Positions 12,646 to 26,510 of a DNA stretch of 64,000 nt are shown piece after piece; within the stretch, counting starts at the first letter, position 1; each line of letters starts with the position of its first letter. Under the pieces are notes generated by a model that saw only the letters and a list, made by a program, of their open reading frames with translations, was not told where the DNA came from and searched no databases. Made by a program: the position numbers and the translations under genes. The stretch lies in contig NC_087437.1 in NCBI RefSeq assembly GCF_036321535.1, forward strand, positions 87,856,001 through 87,920,000, read 5' to 3'. This stretch comes from Camelus dromedarius (lineage: Eukaryota).

Positions 12646-14630
12646 TGTACGGATAACGCCGGCTTATACCCAAGTACATTTCTCTGAATACTTACCCGTA
12701 TTTAAAGGTCTATTTCAAATGAAAACTGTTTCATGAACTATTTCCCAGCAAACCCAACCACAGTGACTTCTCCCTCCTGGGACGTTCAATGGTGTTCAGC
12801 TTAAGAACTACACGGTCAGCACTTGGCATGCCCTATCTTTAGTTCAGAACACCTCCTGACTCAGTGTGTGCTTAGTTCCACCGCTTTTTCCTACCCTCAC
12901 ACCGACCCTTTTGTTCTCCAAATTTGGGTGGAGAGAAGAGGGAGACATTTTTTCATCCCACGGCTTAGTTGAGATAACCTCGAATTTTCCAAAAAGGCTT
13001 TCCCAAAATGCTAAAGGAAAAGCAAAACTGAAAAACAAAACAAAACATAGTAACAAAGTCACACAAATAGTTCTATTTATGATACACATTTTTTTAACCA
13101 TCACAGAAATTTGGCCTAACCACAGGCTGGCTGGGCTGGCTTAATTTCTGGGCATGTAGGTCCTCAGCTCTTGTCCTCACCAGCTGTGTCTAAGCCACAT
13201 TCCATAAGCCCGGTTTGAAGAATATTCATGCTGGAGGCTCTGTGCTAGTCATTTCTCTGGACCTGGGCCATCTCAGTGCTTCCTCTGGTGTAGACTTCCC
13301 TGTCTTTTATCTGGACAACTACCCCAGCATAAATACCCAAGTTCTGACTTTGTGTGTCTTGAGGAAAAACTATTTGACCCTTTGGCAAGTCACTATATCA
13401 CCCACCTCCCTCCCAAAATTAGGATATATTTACTTATTAGATTCTCCGGAAAACCAAGTACTTACACAAAGAATATTGCAAGTTCTCTCCAGGCATTCAC
13501 CCCGTGAAGCTCATGTTCAAAACACGTATTTTAGAGTCTAGTGACCTCCTGGCTTCAAGCAGGGAGCATCGCTTCCCAAAGGTTCTTTCCTTCTGTTATT
13601 CTCTGTTATTTCCCTCTGTTGCTTCTCCCCACTGCACCCTCTGTTCTTCAGCCAACAGCAACAGCAGCAGATTTCGTGGCCCACCCCCCCTCATCTGGCA
13701 GTCTCATCGAGTCCCTTTCTGGAAAGAATGCTCTTAATTTTCTGTTAATTTGTAAAGCAGAAAAGATTGACATCCGGCCCTTCTAAAAGAGGCTGACAAT
13801 TCTTCCTCTTTTTTCAGATCCTCCGAGAAGCCTTGCAAAATCTACCCATTACGACAAGGTAGTGTTAAAATGCACTTATAAAAAAATACATAGCCAGGAA
13901 GAAAAGAGCATGCTATTACATTATGATTTTTTAATCATTAATCAAATTAAGTTACTTGAGGTATTATTTTTTTCTCCATATATGTCACCTTTCTCTTCCC
14001 TCCATTTAAAGAAGACAGTGGCATCTGTGACTCATCGCTTCAGGGGAGGCTGACCAAGAAGTAGCTCAAAAGCCTTTTTAATTTTGGAAATTTAAAAAGC
14101 CGAAACCCAACGGAGAATGTAGAGAGCTCACAAACATATACAAAGGATCTCTGAAGACATGAAGGGAAAATGACACATCCCCGACTAAGGGTACATCCTG
14201 GGCAAAGAGAGACAGGCAACACATTCAGCTCTTCCGAGCACACAGGTCCCTGAAGCACCAGCAAAACCTCACAAGCCCAGAGAGTGTTTTCCGTGTGGCA
14301 GACGCCACAGCTGGGAACAGCCAGCCTTGAAGACGCTCCCCACGTCCCAGACACGATGAGGAAGCAACAGACCACCACAGGGTCTAAGGATGCCATGCAG
14401 AGTGGGACCCTGATCGCTTAACATTGACTTACTTGGCCGAATATCAGAGACCAGCTCAGCCTGGTGTCTTCCAGCCCCTAGAGCTGTGTGTGTCATAACT
14501 CGGAAGAAGGACAGGGAATCCCCAAAGTAACTGAGATCAAATCTTTCATACTAATTAAGTTACTTTTTAGATAATAAAAAGCTGCCTGACTTTTTGTACA
14601 GTTGAGTTTATGGAATGGGAGTTACACTTT

Positions 14631-14682
14631 CTTATTCTTAGTTTTTTTAATTGAAGTGTAGTCGATTTACAATGCTAGTTAT
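14631..14682 (-). mobile_element. Extremely 5'-truncated L1 (3' tip plus tail)
   Basis: tttttttaattgaagtgtagtcgatttacaat matches the L1 3' end at ~55985-56015; TSD TTACACTTT at 14622-14630 and 14683-14691. Confidence 0.7.
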
Positions 14683-14829
14683 TTACACTTTTCAATTTAT
14701 TTCTATATCCTGTTTTTCCAATTACTTCTATGATACTTGAGGACAAAGATCTGTCTTAAACGCCTATAGCACTGGAATTTGTCAGAGGGCTTTGGATGAC
14801 TCAGTGTTAATAAATTCTGTTTGTTTAAT

Positions 14830-14950
14830 GTTATCAAATCATAAAATCTTTGAACTAGAAGCATTAGAAAATCTTTGATTCCAATCTCTTTATTTCACAG
14901 ATAAGGAAACTAAAACCCAGGGGGTTAAATTTTTCAGGTTACACATAAAG
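14830..14950 (-). mobile_element. MIR fragment
   Basis: tttcacagataaggaaactaaaacccag MIR core. Confidence 0.6.
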
Positions 14951-15536
14951 CTTCACATTTTTTCCTTCCAGAATAAACTGTTTCTTCTAAAGGTTGAGGG
15001 TTGTATTGTCAGCTGTCTTCCTGAAGACTGGGTCTCATTAACTGACACCTTAATAGAGGTGCTTAAATGGAACATGCTCATTTCAGTTGTCCTCTCCAAT
15101 CTCACCCTAGTGTTCAAACTCCTTTTGAGAATACTAAGGGCATTTTCCAGATTATCTTCTACTCTTTCTACTCCTATAAGGATGCCCCCTCCCTCTGGGC
15201 CACTGGCTAATGAACCATTGTGTGTGATTGCATCTCTAAGCTTTCTCCTCTATTTTCAGAAGAATGTCAAGCGTCATTTCTGTCAGGGTGTATTCCATTC
15301 AGAGACGTCCTTAGAGGACAGTAAAACTAGAAGATTGAGAAAGGTCCCAGGCCTTGAGGGAGAAGACTGTGGCTTTGCCAGATGGTGCTAAATAAAAGCC
15401 TGGTGTTACACAACCCCTTTGAATGGGATCAAGTGCATAGACTCAGTGCATTTTTTTTTAATACTGTATCCTGTATTAAAGCTAAATCTTGAGTGATGCT
15501 AATGTTCAGAGAATGGAGTATTTTGGTTAACAAGAC

Positions 15537-15625
15537 TTTTTTTTCTTTTAATGGAGTACTGGGGATTGAATCCAGGACCTTGTGCATGCTAAGCACACAC
15601 TCTACCACTGAGCTACACCCTCCCC
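15537..15625 (-). mobile_element. tRNA-derived camelid SINE (Vic-1-like)
   Basis: On -: GGGGAGGGTGTAGCTCAGTGGTAGAG...GGATTCAATCCCCAGTAC with A/B boxes and an A tail. Confidence 0.9.
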
Positions 15626-15914
15626 GCTTCAGCCCCTTTTTAATTCACATCACATTATCCTCAGAATGCTTGCTGCTTCCTTGCTGCTTTTTCACATTTC
15701 TTTCTTCAAGGCTGTGCTGACTTCATTTTGACTTGATTTAACCTGTATGAAATATCTGAGGAGATAAAAGACTAGAATGTTATGATTTGGGGGCTCTATT
15801 TCCCCACCTTTCCCTTTTCCTCTCTCCTCTTGGGCTTATTTCTAATAAAAGCAATTTCCCCCAAATCTTCCAGTCTTCAAGAGTCTTCTTCCCTTTAATA
15901 TCTGTAAATAACAA

Positions 15915-16300
15915 CAGCCTGGGGGTGGAGGGGGAGAGATGAATAGGCAGAACACAGAGGATTTTGAGGGCCATGAAAATACTCTGTAGGATATTATAAT
16001 GATGAATATATGTCATTACACCTTTTTCCAAAAGCATTGAATATGCACACCATATTTGCACAGAGTGAAACCCTAAGGTCAACTATAAACTTTGGGTGAT
16101 TTTGATGTGTCGATGTAGGTTCATCCTTGGTGTTAAAAAAAAAAAAGAGCACTCTGGCGAATGATACTGATAATGGGGGAGGCTATGCATGTGTAGGGAC
16201 AGAGAGTCTATGAGACATTTCTGTGCCTTCCGCTCAGTTTTCTTTATAAACTTAAAATTGCTCTGAAAATTTCTTTTAAAAAATAAATTAAAAAAAAAAG
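15915..16300 (+). mobile_element. L1MC1-like 3' UTR
   Basis: gatgaataggcagaacacagaggatttt...gggggaggctatgcatgtgt; A tail; homologous to ~21640-21985. Confidence 0.8.
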
Positions 16301-16876
16301 CAACAAGATGTCCCATGAGCACACTACAGTGGGAAATCCAGCATCTCTGTAATATTCCTTAGACTGTTGACTCTAGCTCCAAAATTTTAGGCTGGACTTT
16401 GGTCTCAATCTCCCACCCCACTGTCATGTGCACTACAGCTGCTGTCCCAAATGGTTCCAAATGAACATAGAGGTTCTTTTCCTGCATTTCTCAGAGCACC
16501 ATTAACTCAAGGATATGTATGTATTTTTACTAAAGGTATGGGGATAATTAAGGAAGAAAATGGCATAGGATCATATTTAAAATGACTTCAAAATACTTAG
16601 ACATTTTTTTCTTTCAAAGTCCCCTTGTTATCACCACCATAGGGAATATCTCAGCAGTCACTAGTCTTTTTTGGCCTTTGTCTAGTAAAATGTCCTGGGT
16701 CCTGCTGTCATCTTCCATCCCAATACCTATCTCCTCTCTGCCACCCACTTCTAGGCCCCTTCAACCTCTCACCCCTTCCAGATGCCATATTAGAACCCCC
16801 AACTTCCTCCTACTTAATTATGCAGCATAATTTATCTCACACTTATTTTATTCTCCAATCAAGACTAAGTTCTAAG

Positions 16877-17018
16877 AGGGGGAGGATATAGCTCAAGCAG
16901 TAGAGCATGTGCTTAGCAAGCACAACATCTTGGGTTCAATTCCCAGTATTTCCTCTAAAAATAAATAAACCTAATCATCTCCCACTGCCAAAAATTAATT
17001 AATTAATTAATTTTTAAA
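16877..17018 (+). mobile_element. tRNA-derived camelid SINE (Vic-1-like)
   Basis: GGGGGAGGATATAGCTCAAG...GGGTTCAATTCCCAG; 16-bp TSD AAGACTAA(G/T)TTCTAAG at 16861 and 17019. Confidence 0.92.
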
Positions 17019-19279
17019 AAGACTAATTTCTAAGGCCTATTTTTATAGAACCAAAAGTCCTGTAAATGAAAGTAATTAAACAAAAAAGTTACATAGCCCT
17101 GAGATATAGGAAAAGCAGAACTCATTTCTTTTTTTTAATAGCAACTGTTTTTCCAAATGTGAAAATGCTGAGCATCTGTGTGTCTAACAGAAGTCATCTG
17201 AGGGGGATTTTGAAGTGGAAGTACCTTTATCCGTGCCTTGAGTTCCAGCCCGGGAGTCATCAAACCATCCTGAAGCCTTTCCAGGTGGTCTAGATACAAC
17301 TGTGCCTCCTAAACCAGGTCCTGCATGGGGACCATAGTTCAAAATGGATGCTTTAGGTCATTTTAAAAACCATTATTTTGATTTAAAATTTTCCTTCCTT
17401 TTAGAAATTTTGAGGTTGCATCCCCGTGAGCCAAGCCCTACAGAAGCAGACTAGTAGACAGTGATTGGTGTGAGCCAGGCTACACTAGCTGTCCCTGGGA
17501 AGCCAGCTCCTGACATGAAGGACATTGCTGGATGGGAAGCTGGCAGTCTCTACCAAGAAGTTGCCCTGAAAAATGGTTCAGTGTGATCAAAGGCGACGGT
17601 ATTCTCATGCCTAAGGGCAGCTCCGGGCCTTCCTAGTTACCTGCAGCAAAAATCAAAGAAAATATCTGCATCGATGCTAGGCAGCCAACTCCCAGACAAC
17701 TGTAATGCTGTTCTGAGTGATCACAGACAAGTGCACTGGAGTGTTTCCACCTCCAGTATGTTTTTTTGCAAAGGAAATTATCTGTCCACTCAGTTTATCT
17801 CTTTTACAAAGTAATTTAGAGCATTCTATGCACATGGAAACCAAAATGGTGATGTTTCAATGTACATATGCATTGACACATGTGTCTTCTTCCTTCCCTC
17901 TCCTCAGGTTATTGGTAGAAAGGTTGTCTTCTCAGCCCTTGGTACAATGCATAGCACAGAGTAAGACTATGTTCTCATCAACAGAATGATCTCCTTGATT
18001 GGATTTTGTTATTAGTAAATTGTTCACTGGGTGGCAATTTTACTTGAACTAGTTTACAGATCCAGTACATGCAGTTCAGTTGTATAAATCATTTCAATAA
18101 TTTTCTTCATAAAAAGTTAATTCATAGTTTATCTAACTTTCCAAAAGGTACATTTACCATGAAAAAAAAATTCAATTTAAAAGATTAAATCACTCACTAT
18201 CAAGTTTTTCTCTGATTTAAACATATATCTAAATCAATCATGAATATTATTAAAATAGCCAGTGTTTGAAAGCAACTGACTAAAATTAAAATTTCCTAGA
18301 AAGTCTTCTAAGAGAAAGAGAAAAAGTAAAGAAGGAAGAATATTTACTTTTTTCTTCCATTTTCAAAAATTCTTTTTTTTTTTTCCTAAAAGCTAATGGT
18401 TGACAAAGCCAGAACTCAGTTCCAGGATCTTTGCCATGCTATATTGGGTACCTTTGATTGATTCACTTCTTCATTCACGTCTTTGATATTTACTGAGGTC
18501 CTGCTACAAACAGAGTATAACAAAGAGATTATGAAAACTGAGTAGAACAACTTACTTTCGCAGTGATGGTCTCAAAACTGCTTCTTCCAGGCTTCATAAG
18601 ATCAATTCTATTGTCCAAATGTAAGTTTGAATGCATTAATTACAGTGATATAACTAGGGTTAGTTGTTCCATCAGAGCACTGGGGAACAAGAGAATGGAG
18701 GAAAAATGGTTGCTTGCACTGATCTTATTGATATAAAGTCAATAACAAAACTTATAAGCATTGAAAAAATGTCCTAATATTTTCACCTCACTTCCCACTG
18801 AAAGTCTGAGGGTAAACTTTTTGGTGGTTGTTTATTTTTGCCTTGGCAAGTGGAAATAAACATGGTGCAAACTTACAAATCAATGTATTTGTACAGAAAG
18901 TCATGGAACCCAGTTTTTAAGGAACATTACTCTAGAGGGGACAGAGGGACCAGGGACATATAGTTCCCAAAATTAAAGTGATAGAAGCTAATGTTCTCAA
19001 ATAAGAATTTTCTATTGCTTCAGCCTATGAAGCAAAATAACAATTTTTTAAACATACCAAACATACTTGAAATAAACACATGAGCAAAATTGCAGTGTAA
19101 AAAACCCACATCACTTATAAACTAAAACTTTACGTGTATGCACTTGTGTAAAAATTCAGTACTACCACGGCTGAATGCTCTACCCTAATCTATAATTGCA
19201 TTTAGTCAAAGATATCTGGTACAAGCATCATGGTTAAGGCAAGTTCTGCTTGAATTAATACTCAATACCTCAAGCCTGA

Positions 19280-20050
19280 ACTGTTATAACTTCTGGATTG
19301 TCTTCCAGGCTCTCCACTTCCACAGACCTCAGACCACTGCCAGACTCATCTAGCTAAAACAATGCTTACGCTAAAGTATTCCCATTGGATGGCTCCCCAT
19401 TGTCTAATAAATAAAGTAAGAAATCTTCATCCTGGCATTTGAGGTTCTCCACAACACAGCATCGATCTCACTCACTCACTGACATGTGAGCCCTCCACTC
19501 CAACTGCACTGGGTTTCTCACAGCTCCCCAAACAAACAGTGCTGAGTCCCTTCTCCATAACCTTGTTTATGCTGTGTTTCTTCAGATGAAATCATGTTAG
19601 CAGTTCATGGAAAAACACAGCTCCTCGATGAAACTTTCCTGATCTTTCCTTCCATCATGGTTTTTCCTCTTAATTTCTTGAGCAGTTAATCAACCTCAAC
19701 ACTACTGATGTTTTGGTCCGGTAATTTTTGTAGGGGAGGCTGACCTGGGCACTGCAGGATGTTTAGCAGCTTTCCTGGCTTCTACTCTATCAGTAACTCT
19801 ACCCATAGTAGTCAGCACCCTAGTAGTGACAAGCAAAATTGTCTCCAGACATTGTCAAATGTCCCTGATGGGAGGCAAAATTATCCCCAGTTATTCCAGA
19901 TAATTATTGTCTGTATCACTCCTGTTGGCATTTTAAAATATTTCATATATCTATTTCTTGCTTCCTAAGGTAGATGATTTAGTACAAGTATTGTGGCTTA
20001 CTTTATTTGGAATCTGTAATAGAGCACTGTAATGAATACTTAATAAATAT
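19280..20050 (+). mobile_element. L2 3' region interrupted by MER20
   Basis: atggctccccattg...cctggcatttgagg L2 motifs, ending near taataaatattt. Confidence 0.6.
19683..19892. mobile_element. MER20 (hAT-Charlie)
   Basis: ggatgtttagcagc...cctggc...gtgacaa...aaaattgtctccagacattgtcaaatgtccc. Confidence 0.85.
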
Positions 20051-20824
20051 TTAAAACTTAAATTCTGAGTATCTAAAAGTTAGAAGAGACGTGAAAACTC
20101 AGTTGACCTAACCTCATTTTTTTTTTTAGTGTGGAAACTGAAAACCAGAAAGTAAAACTATGGATATGTGTCGGTAGAATAGTTTCCTCTTTCCAATCAG
20201 GTAGTATTAACACTGTAATACATCTCTTCTCATTGAATCTATAATGAGAGACAGTTAATTTCACATTGGCATGAGCAATCAATAGTCTATAGCTTTATTG
20301 AGCGTTCTTTATATGACTCTGCTTTAATAATGTGCATATGTCTTATTAAAACACTTATATTTTATACTTAACTTTTTAAAAATCTAAGGTGTTATGATAT
20401 AAGAAAGAGACCTTGACATTATGGTTGAAAGATTAGGGGTTAAGACATATAACTATGTGATCTTCAGGGAGTCACTTAACTTCACTGTGTTTCTACATCT
20501 AATCTTTAAAATTCCTATTCCACTGAAATAAGATAAACTCTTTGACAAAGGGGATGATGTTTCATTGCTACCATGTCCCTAGTACCTAGTACAAAATATG
20601 GCATTCACTATACTTGCTAAATGGCTGACTGCTCATTTGGGGATACAGTAAGGGCTTGTTTTAACTTAGTCTGGGAGTAAAATGAGGTAAAAAAAAATTT
20701 TTTTTAATCCTGGAAAGTGTAAAGTGCTAGACAAATTCAAGATATTTTTGTGCTTTAAAATGTCTAAGGAATTTGAATGTTTAAAAGTAGTGAAGTGAGA
20801 AATCAAAATTAGACTTTGTGAGAT

Positions 20825-23480
20825 GTCACCAAAGAAATTCTTCAGAGGAAACTGTCAGCATTAAATGCCTGAATTAGAAAAGAAGCATAATCCTGAATCA
20901 GTAAACAGCCTCCATCTTAAGAACCTAGAAAAAGAACAACAAATAAAATCCAAAGTAAGAAGAAAGGAAATAATAAAGATCACAGCAGAAATCAATAAAA
21001 TTTAAAAATGGAAAGTCAAGAGAGAAAATTAATAGAATCAAAAGCCAGTTCTTAAAGAGAAGATCTACATCATAAGTCATCAAAGAAATGAAAATTAAAA
21101 CAACAATGAGATACAACTACACACCTATTAAAATGGCCAACATTCAGAAACTGACAAAACCAAATGCTGATAAGGATGTAGAACAACAGAATTCTCATTC
21201 ATTGCTTCTGGGAATGAAAATGGTGCAGCCTCTTTGGAAAACAGTTTGGCAGTTTCTTACAAAATGAAACATACTTTTACCTTAAGTTCCAGCAATTGAA
21301 CTTCTTGGTGTTTATTCAAAGGAGTTGAAAACTTATGGCCACACAGAACCTGCACATGGATGTTTATAGCAGCTTTATTCTTAATTATCAAAATTTGGAA
21401 GCAACCAAGATGTCCTTCAGAAGATGAATGGATAAACAGACTTTGTTACAATGGAGTATTACTCAGCACTAAAAAAGAAATGAGCTTATCAACCATGAAA
21501 ATACATGGAGGAAATTTAAATACATTTTACTAAGTGAAAGAAGACAATCTGAAAAGGTTACATACTGTATGATTCCAAATAAATGACATTCTGGAAAAGG
21601 CAAAATTATAAAGACAATAAAAAGATCATTGGTTGTCAGGGACTGGGTGGCAGGAGGAACAGACAAAGCACAGAGTATTTTTAGGGCAGTAAAAATATTC
21701 TGTATGATATAATGGTAGATATCTATCGTTATACCTTGATCCAAATCCATAGAATATGTGGCACCAAGAATGAACCCTAAGGTCAGCTATAAACTTTGGG
21801 TGATTTTGACGTGATGTGTCCATGTAGGTTCATCCTTGGTTAAAAAAAAAAAAAAGCACCATTCTGGTGAGTGGTGCTTATAATGAGGGAGGCTATGCAT
21901 GCGTGGAGGCAGGGTATATAGGAAATCTCTGTACTTTCCTCTCAATTTGTTGTAAATCTAAAACTGCCCTAAAAAATGTCTTTTAAAACATCTGATTCTT
22001 TGAGGCAATCAATAAAATGGACAAAACTCTAGCTAGACTTATTGGGAGAAAAAAAAGAAGACACAAATTACCACTTTCAAAATGAAACATAATATCACTA
22101 CAGATTCCATATTAAATAGATAATAGGGGAATATATCAATATTATAAACATACATATGAAAAGATTTATGCCTATAAATTCAACAATTTAAATGAACAAT
22201 TTCTTTCAGACAAAAAGTGCAAATGCTCATTCAACAAGAAATAGCCACCAATGAATTTACTGGTGATAGTCACCAAACATTTAAGAAATAATCCCAATTC
22301 TACACAAATTTTTCCAGAAAATTGAAAAGAAAGGAATGCTTCCTAATCCATGCTATGAGGCTAGTATTACTCAGACATCAAATCAAGATAAACACATTAC
22401 AAGAAAAGAAAGTAACAGATAAATACCCCTCATGAACATAAACACAAACTTTCTAAACAAAATTTTAGCAAATAGAACATATTAAAAAGATAATACATTA
22501 TATCCAAGTAGGATTTATCCAATAATGCAAGGCAGTTTTTTAAATTTTGGAAGTCAACTGAATTTGCCATATCAACAAATTAAAAAAGAAAACCATATGA
22601 TTAACTCTATTGCCAAAAAAAAAAAAAAAAGCATTTGACTAAGTTCAACATTCATTCTTGATTTAAAAACTTTTAAAACTCTTACAAAACTCAGATTTAA
22701 AGAAAATGTTTTCAATTTGATAACCTGCATCTGTGGAAAGCCTGTAGCTAACATCATACTTAGTGGTGAAAGACTGAACATTTCCTTCCTCATATCAGGA
22801 AGAAGACAAGAATTCTTCTCTCACCACCTCCATTCAGTGTGGGGCTGGAGGTTCTGACCAACATAATTAGGAGAAAAAAAAAAAAAACCAGGTATCCAGA
22901 TTGGGGGAAATAAAGTAAATCTGTTTTTTTTTTTTTTCACAGACAACATAATCTTTTATACAGAAAATCTGATGGAATCTACAAAAGAGTCATAAGAATC
23001 ATAAGTGAGTTTAGCAATGCTGCAGGATACAAATACAACATCAAAACTGAAAATCAATTATATTTCTATATACTAGAAATTAACAGTAAGAAACTGACTT
23101 TCTTTTAAACACCACTTATAATAAGTGAATATGATATATTTAGGAATAAATCTGACAAAAAAGGTGCAAGATCTTTTTAAACTACAAACTTCAAAACATT
23201 GCTGAAATTTTAAAGGACCAAAATAAATGGAGAGCTATACCTTGGTCAACAAATGACTCAATATTGTTAAGATATCAATTCTTCCCAAAGTAATCTATGG
23301 ATACAACACACTAAGGATACAAGAAAACTTTGGGGGATGTTGGATATCTTTAATATTTTATTGTAATGATGGCTTCACAAGTATATACATATGATACAAC
23401 TAATGAAACTGTACACTTTAAACATGTGCAGTTTATTATACATCAATTACACTTCAACAAAGCTGTTAAAAATAATTTTT
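20825..23480 (+). mobile_element. Old L1 (decayed ORF2 plus 3' end) containing a nested L1MC1-like copy
   Basis: Decayed ORF2 motifs (ctagaaaaagaacaacaaataaaatccaaagtaag; tatgaggctagtatta; aatattgttaagatatcaattcttcccaaa) and L1M 3' UTR at 23310-23480. Confidence 0.8.
21060..21985 (+). mobile_element. L1MC1-like 3' fragment
   Basis: ORF2 C-terminal region and 3' UTR; same subfamily as 15915-16300. Confidence 0.8.
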
Positions 23481-24020
23481 TAAAAATTTAAATGCCAGTT
23501 TGTATCAACAGCTTAAAATATTTCATGCATTTGCCCCAGACTTCATATTTTTGGGACCTATTCCAGTAAAACACAGCTGATCAAAGACATATTTACTCTA
23601 TTCTTTAACCACAGTTTACTGAAAGGACAGTTATGAAATTTGAAGAGCACAGCAGATGGTAGTGATCCCAAGGAAAAGAAAATTGAACAAAAGACAACTC
23701 ACAAAATTTTGAAATATGGAAACAGATGAGTTGTGATTGATTCAGCACACCAGAGAAGGAAAAGAGAAACCAAGGCCTGTGTGGAGGTGGTCTTAGATGC
23801 CAGCTGATTGGCTGTACAGAACCCAGGGAGCCCCAGGAATGGGAGGTGCCAGGTAGCTCACAAAGAAGAGATGTGCGGCACCCATCAGAACCCCTGATTC
23901 TTTCCCTGTGTCCTCTGCCTGCAGCTGGGTGACTAACCTTTTCCACCTTCTTCCACCATAAAAGTATTCTACGGAGGAGCTGAAGCAGACACTGCAGAAC
24001 GCTAAGCACAGCTGGGGGTG

Positions 24021-24402
24021 TGCTGCAGACTAGACGTGCCTTCTGCAAATTCATATATTGAAGTCTAATCCCCAAGATGATTGCACTTGGAGGGAGGGCC
24101 TTTGGGAGGTAATAGGTCCTGAGGGTGGAGCCCTCACAAATGGGATTAGTGCCCTTCTAAGAAGACACTGAGAGAAATTATTTCTCTCTCTCTTTCTCTC
24201 TCCCTCTCTGTCACTCCCCACCATGGGAGGATACGGAGAGAAGGCAGCTATCTAGAAGCCAGAAAGTGGGTCCTCACCAGACATCAGATCTGCCATGACC
24301 TTGATCTTGGACTTCCCAGCCTCCAGAACTGTGACAAAAAGTATTTGTTGTTTAAGCCACCCAGTCAGTGGTATTTTTGATATAGAAACCTGAACTAAGA
24401 TA
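24021..24402 (+). mobile_element. MaLR LTR (MLT1A/A0-like)
   Basis: gggcctttgggagg...gagggtggagccctc...gggattagtgccctt...gacttcccagcctccagaactgtga; 5-bp flanks GGGTG/GGGCA, compatible with a CpG-decayed GGGCG TSD. Confidence 0.88.
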
Positions 24403-24739
24403 GGGCAGAATATCACACTGAAAATGAGGTGATTAAGTGAAGATCTGCAAATGAAGAGGTGACCTGTAAACCCCTTTCTCCCACTTGGCACTGAGAACAA
24501 CGAAAAGCAGGCTTACGTAATTCCGACATTACGCTGGAGGATTCTTCTCTGAGGAAACAGATTATATCAAAAGAAAAACAAAAAACAGAAAAACTTTTGA
24601 CAATGAAATTGTCCAATAGTTTAATGAAAGAGTCCATGCTGAGCCCAATATATTAAATACTGTCACTCAATAAACGATCTCTTTGGCACAACACACATAT
24701 ACACACACATGGCTTCCAATCAGCTTTTTACTGCCTTAC

Positions 24740-25280
24740 TCTCAAATATGAACAGACAGCCAAAGATCACCTGACATTTCGAGAAAAGCCTCTAATAAAA
24801 GAAAAGAAGAAATTGGAAATAAAGTAGAAAGCAGAGAAAATGTAAATAAACTATACTGAATATCCTCAGAAATTGAAGAGATCTTTGAATTGAGAAAGCA
24901 CTTCAGAGAAAAAAAAAAACGCTACATTTTAAAAAACTCTCATTCAAAAGTAGGATGTGAGAAATAAAATATTTTTAAAATACGCATAAAGATAGAGTTT
25001 AAGGAATCTCTCAGGAAATGCAGGGGGAAAATTATGGAAATAAGGAAAAGGAGCTACAAATAATACAATATCAATACAGGGGATTCAACAAACAGTAAGA
25101 GCTCCAGAAAGAAAAAAGTCAAAAGCTGTAGAAAATGAGATTTTAAAAAAATGATTAAAAAAATTTCTCAGAACTCAGGGATTGGAGTTTGAAATTGAAA
25201 GGGCCCACCTAGTGACCAAATCAGTGGATGAAACAAAAAGCCAACACCAGATGTTACAATTGAGGACTTTGGGAATAAAA
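24740..25280 (+). mobile_element. Decayed L1 ORF1/HAL1-like fragment
   Basis: cagccaaagatcacc...atttctcagaact...gaaattgaaagggcccacc. Confidence 0.55.
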
Positions 25281-25904
25281 GAACATGGTGATGGGAAGAA
25301 TAAATTTATGTATTTGACCAAATATCTATAACACAAGGCATCACGTTAGGTACCATCAGATACACAGAAATAAGCTAAAGGCCTTCCCTATCTTCAAAGG
25401 TAAAAAATAAATAAATAAGTGAAACTCTCATCACAATAATAATCATGGGACATCAGCCACTACATTTCCCTCTTATCTTGGTTCCTATCCGGATTTCTTT
25501 GTTTTTAAACAAGAGCCACTTAGAAGTGTCTCAGCCTATGTATTCACCACATGCACTGGGCGAGGACAGCCAGCTATTTTTTTTTTTTTCTGAGTCCTCT
25601 TCACTGGTACACACATACACTCTCACACATACTCACACTAATACCCATAAGCATGCACACAAAAATTGTACACACATTTTCACACACTCACGTGTTACAG
25701 CCACATTCACAGAGACACACGCACAGACTGCTTGGGTCCTCGTAAGCACCCCATTTCAGTAGTCAGGGGAGAAGGCTTAGTTTCTTAGTTTTTCAGAGAA
25801 GAGGCTCTGGCCACCTGAGATTAGAAATGAGGTCTATAATTTATACTCTTATTTCTTATCTCCTCCTGTATTTTGCTAGACTTCCAAAATCTACTTGATA
25901 CTCA

Positions 25905-26300
25905 GATTAGCCGATGGCGCCCTCTAACTGTCTTGTACCCCTGCCCCTGTAACAGTGCGCCATTTTCCCCATTTCCATTGCTCCCACTGCTAGCTTTTCA
26001 GTAGCCAACAAAACCAGTTCTGCCCTGTTCTGGGCACTGCTCACTGTCCCGCCAACAACAAGCCTCCCCCTGCCACCCCGCCCGCCCTGCTGCAGCAACT
26101 CAAAGCCGTTAGCCTTCGGTGAGCGCGGGAGATGCCGCTCCCAGCACCTCCGAGGACGGACCTCACAGCTTCTCTGTAGGGTGAGCCAGTGCGTGCACTA
26201 CGGTGTCAGCACGCAGCTGACTCTGGTTTCCTTTTCTGGCTGCAATCTGGAGGATGAGCGCCAGCTGGAATTAGGGCCGACTGTGAAACAGGACCTGAAG
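25905..26300. promoter_or_regulatory. Small CpG-retaining element with a CTCF-like motif
   Basis: Local GC/CpG excess; TGGCGCCCTCTAACTG at 25915-25930; GC-box-like ccccgcccgcc. Confidence 0.4.
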
Positions 26301-26447
26301 AAGAAAGTTTGAGAACCTACGCATGCCAGCCAGCCACGTAGAATGCTTTATCCTTAGAGCTAACAAAATTTGTGGTTCTTGTCAAACTGTGTCTCTTTCT
26401 TTACAATCCAGTTTTTATTTATATAAAAGGAGAGGAGAGAAAGAGGC

Positions 26448-26510
26448 ATTATTATTATTATTATTATTATTAATACTTCTACTACTACTACTATTATCAT
26501 CATCTTATTA
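26448..26510. repeat. (TTA)n/(CTA)n/(TCA)n trinucleotide run
   Basis: Directly visible. Confidence 0.9.

Noticed and set aside
10600..15330. Plus-strand exon-like segments near 10615, 13819 and 15260
   Set aside because: Good pyrimidine tracts but weak or absent donors, and no recognisable or coherent peptide
23605..24075. 156-aa minus-strand ORF
   Set aside because: Starts inside an MLT1 LTR at a non-ATG codon; no recognisable domain
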